NCBI GenBank assembly: GCA_045543015.1
Contig: JAZQLY010000021.1
Span: forward strand, 2,328-66,327
Direction of reading: 5' to 3'
DNA: 64,000 bases
DNA from: Eubacteriales bacterium
GTDB lineage: Bacteria > Bacillota > Clostridia > Oscillospirales > CAG-272
Made by a program: the position numbers and the translations under genes
The notes under the pieces: generated by a model
Told to the model about the DNA's origin: nothing
What the model saw: the letters and a program-made list of their open reading frames with translations, nothing else
The model's database searches: none
Shown: one piece after another, positions 61,850 to 64,000 of the stretch
Position numbering within the stretch: position 1 is the first letter of the stretch
Layout of the letters: every line of letters begins with the position of its first letter

Positions 61850-64000
61850 ATGAGTAACACGAAGACCGTAAGAAGAATCACACTGGCGTGTTGCCTGATC
61901 CTGTTTGCGCTTTGCGCCGCTTTGGGCATCATGCAGCTGGGGGCAAGCGCAGCCGAGCCGGCATACGTAGCGCGTGGCTCGATCCTGCATGCGGATTGGG
62001 AGCAGGAATACCACGCCGTGCAGTTTGACCCCTATGAGGAATGGGCAGACAAATATTACCTGCACGTATACGATGACGAGGGTGAGCACGTTGCCGCCCT
62101 TGCGATGGTAGATGCCGAGGGCGATGGCGTTTACGTTGCCTTTGTTCCCGAGGTGTATGGCACCTATATGATCAGTGACCATGAGGTGCCGGAAAGCTCT
62201 ACCAAAAAGACCGTGATGCTGGAAAAGCTGGAAAAGCCGCGTAATGCGTCAGACGGCGACCCGGTCAATACCTACACGACCTTTAACGACCATATGGCAG
62301 ACGCGAGCACCTATGAGGTCCTCACCAAAATGCATAGCCTGTTGTGGAACGATGTGAATGATAATAGGCGTATCGATGCAGGCGAAAGCAGATATACGGA
62401 TCTGGCCGGTGCATTCAACGCTGCACCGACCGGTGCCAAGCTTTGCTTAGCCGGTTCCCAGGTGGATACTGCCTCTCTGCGGTATGGCAAGGGCATCACG
62501 TTAGACCTGTGCGGTTATACGATAGAGGTGCCTTATAATAATAACACGGATTTTATTTTAGTTATGGATAGCTCTGCGCTTACCATTGCTGATAGTATTG
62601 GCACCGGCCGGATTGACGCCAGCGTAAGCGCTGTTCAAACTACGGTTGAGGCCCAAGACGGTTCTTATATATTGTTAGAGGACGGGCACTATACGCCGGC
62701 AACCGGTTTTATGTTCTACGCAGACGAGAGCAGTAGGATCGACGTAACGCCCGGCGTGAGCGCCAGCGTAAAGCCGCAAGACGGGTCTTACCGCCATACG
62801 AATGAGACTGTAGGCCTTTTTCTCCATTTTGTAGAGGATGAGCACGGCTACTGGGTAGCAAAGCAGTTTGAAACTACCGAGGCTGCCGCTATCTTTGACG
62901 CAAACAACAGTGGGCATTTTGAGGATGGCGAGGTTGCCTACTACACGCTGGGCGCTGCGGTAGATGCCGCATCCCGCGCAGGCGGCGGCCGCGTGATACT
63001 GGTCAATGACGTAACCCTGGATACGTGGGTCTCCTTCCTTTCGAACGTGGAAGGTGCGGAATTCATCTTAGACCTGAATGGCAGGAGCATTACGGCAAGC
63101 GATGACTTTACAGGCTACCAGATGATCACTGTTCAAGGCGCCAAGCTGACCGTAGAAACAACGAATAGCGAAACCGGAAATATCATCGATGCCTCTGCGA
63201 AAAGCGGTCTTACTCTTTTCAACGTGACAAACGGCGAGCTGGTGATCGATAACTATGCGGTCAGGCTGCTTGCCCACGCGAATACGAATAACCCTATCTA
63301 CGTGAATGATAGATCCACCGCCAGCCTGATGAAGTGCCAGACCAGCTTTGACCCCTACTACCTCCTGCCGCCGGACTACATGGCAGAAAAGAACGAGGCT
63401 GGGCTGTTTGAGATCCACTCCGTAGTAAATATAGTTGCCTATACCGATCTGAACGAAAACGGCAGCTTTGACGTGGGTGAATATCGCTTTGGCGACCTCT
63501 CTCACGCGATATCCTACGGCGGTACCGTGGTGCTGCTGAAGGACGTGACGTATGTCAACACCACCGCAAGCGTACCGTTTGAGCAGCAGGTGGGCTATTA
63601 CACCCGCCTGGATCTGAAGGGGCATACCATTACGGTGGCAGAGGGCTCTGTGCTTCACCTGCTGGGCAATGGCAACGTGATCTATGATAGCAGTTTGCTG
63701 AAAACTGGCGTGCTGGATGCCAGCCGCTCTGCCTATATCCTGTCGGATAGCGAAGGCACGCTGAGCGATACCAGTATTGAGGGCGGTACCTTTTACCGCG
63801 GTGCGGCACTGTTTGAAACGGCGCTCGGTGAATACGTTACGATCGTCAGCGGTTACTTTGATTTTGATCCGACCGATTATTTATCTGGTAACAGCTCGGC
63901 AAGGAAGGACGAGACGAGCGGCCTGTGGGAGGCCTACAGGAGCTTTGAGGCGTGGGCCGATACGGACGGGGACGGCGAGCTGGATGCGGGTGAAACCACC
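61850..64000 (+). CDS. 5' part (717 aa, open to window end) of a giant exported modular protein with beta-helix-like repeats
   Basis: I translated it by hand and found no stop from ATG 61850 to 64000. RBS is GGAGAAAAAAC. Signal peptide is RRITLACCLILFALCAALGIMQLGASA. It is not listed in the ORF track, probably because it has no stop in the window. Confidence 0.8.
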   Translation, partial: MSNTKTVRRITLACCLILFALCAALGIMQLGASAAEPAYVARGSILHADWEQEYHAVQFDPYEEWADKYYLHVYDDEGEHVAALAMVDAEGDGVYVAFVPEVYGTYMISDHEVPESSTKKTVMLEKLEKPRNASDGDPVNTYTTFNDHMADASTYEVLTKMHSLLWNDVNDNRRIDAGESRYTDLAGAFNAAPTGAKLCLAGSQVDTASLRYGKGITLDLCGYTIEVPYNNNTDFILVMDSSALTIADSIGTGRIDASVSAVQTTVEAQDGSYILLEDGHYTPATGFMFYADESSRIDVTPGVSASVKPQDGSYRHTNETVGLFLHFVEDEHGYWVAKQFETTEAAAIFDANNSGHFEDGEVAYYTLGAAVDAASRAGGGRVILVNDVTLDTWVSFLSNVEGAEFILDLNGRSITASDDFTGYQMITVQGAKLTVETTNSETGNIIDASAKSGLTLFNVTNGELVIDNYAVRLLAHANTNNPIYVNDRSTASLMKCQTSFDPYYLLPPDYMAEKNEAGLFEIHSVVNIVAYTDLNENGSFDVGEYRFGDLSHAISYGGTVVLLKDVTYVNTTASVPFEQQVGYYTRLDLKGHTITVAEGSVLHLLGNGNVIYDSSLLKTGVLDASRSAYILSDSEGTLSDTSIEGGTFYRGAALFETALGEYVTIVSGYFDFDPTDYLSGNSSARKDETSGLWEAYRSFEAWADTDGDGELDAGETT

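Overview
This is a high-GC (roughly 58-60% by eye) Clostridia-type chromosome segment. It most likely comes from a spore-forming Oscillospiraceae/Ruminococcaceae-like organism, because yabP-yabQ, cotJABC and sigma-E-type CATACAAT promoters are present.

Most of the window is conserved housekeeping:
- cdaA plus a short cdaR-like gene
- recJ-rel-dtd-hemZ
- the yabM-like flippase/mazG/hup/yabO/yabP/yabQ block
- a SAM-I riboswitch with metK
- recD2-comFC and an mreB-like gene
- pncB
- the rpmG-secE-nusG-rplK-rplA operon (minus strand)
- ruvAB, DUF951 and yfhO
- manA, tRNA-Trp and a CaCA exchanger
- a 10-gene Wzx/Wzy-type polysaccharide cluster (37.5-47.4 kb)
- a small isomerase/oxidoreductase module with an AraC regulator
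- cotJABC and mgsA

The unusual parts are:
1. A ~640-bp array of 235/236-bp tandem repeats at 22.1-22.8 kb. Its terminator-plus-32-nt-tail module recurs at 47.4 kb, and it sits exactly where rplJ-rplL would normally follow rplA.
2. An AT-rich islet next to tRNA-Trp. It carries a duplicated tRNA 3' end, a tRNA-like three-way-junction element and GC-rich palindromes (31.9-33.2 kb).
3. A very large metallophosphoesterase/LamG surface-protein gene that appears 5'-truncated and split by a +1 frame change (51.7-55.6 kb).
4. An accessory block at 58.5-64 kb. It holds a Cys-repeat exported protein, a dual-HTH regulator, a direct-repeat array, a leader terminator, a small Cys-rich protein and a giant modular exported protein.

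I saw no CRISPR array, transposase, integrase, reverse transcriptase or recognisable defence/toxin genes, and no unambiguous novel multi-gene system. The repeat/terminator-tail family and the 58.5-64 kb regulator-adhesin block are the best candidates for follow-up.

Protein calls rest on motif recognition in the supplied ORF translations. Non-ORF coordinates were hand-counted (expect +/- a few nt). No database search or folding program was run.
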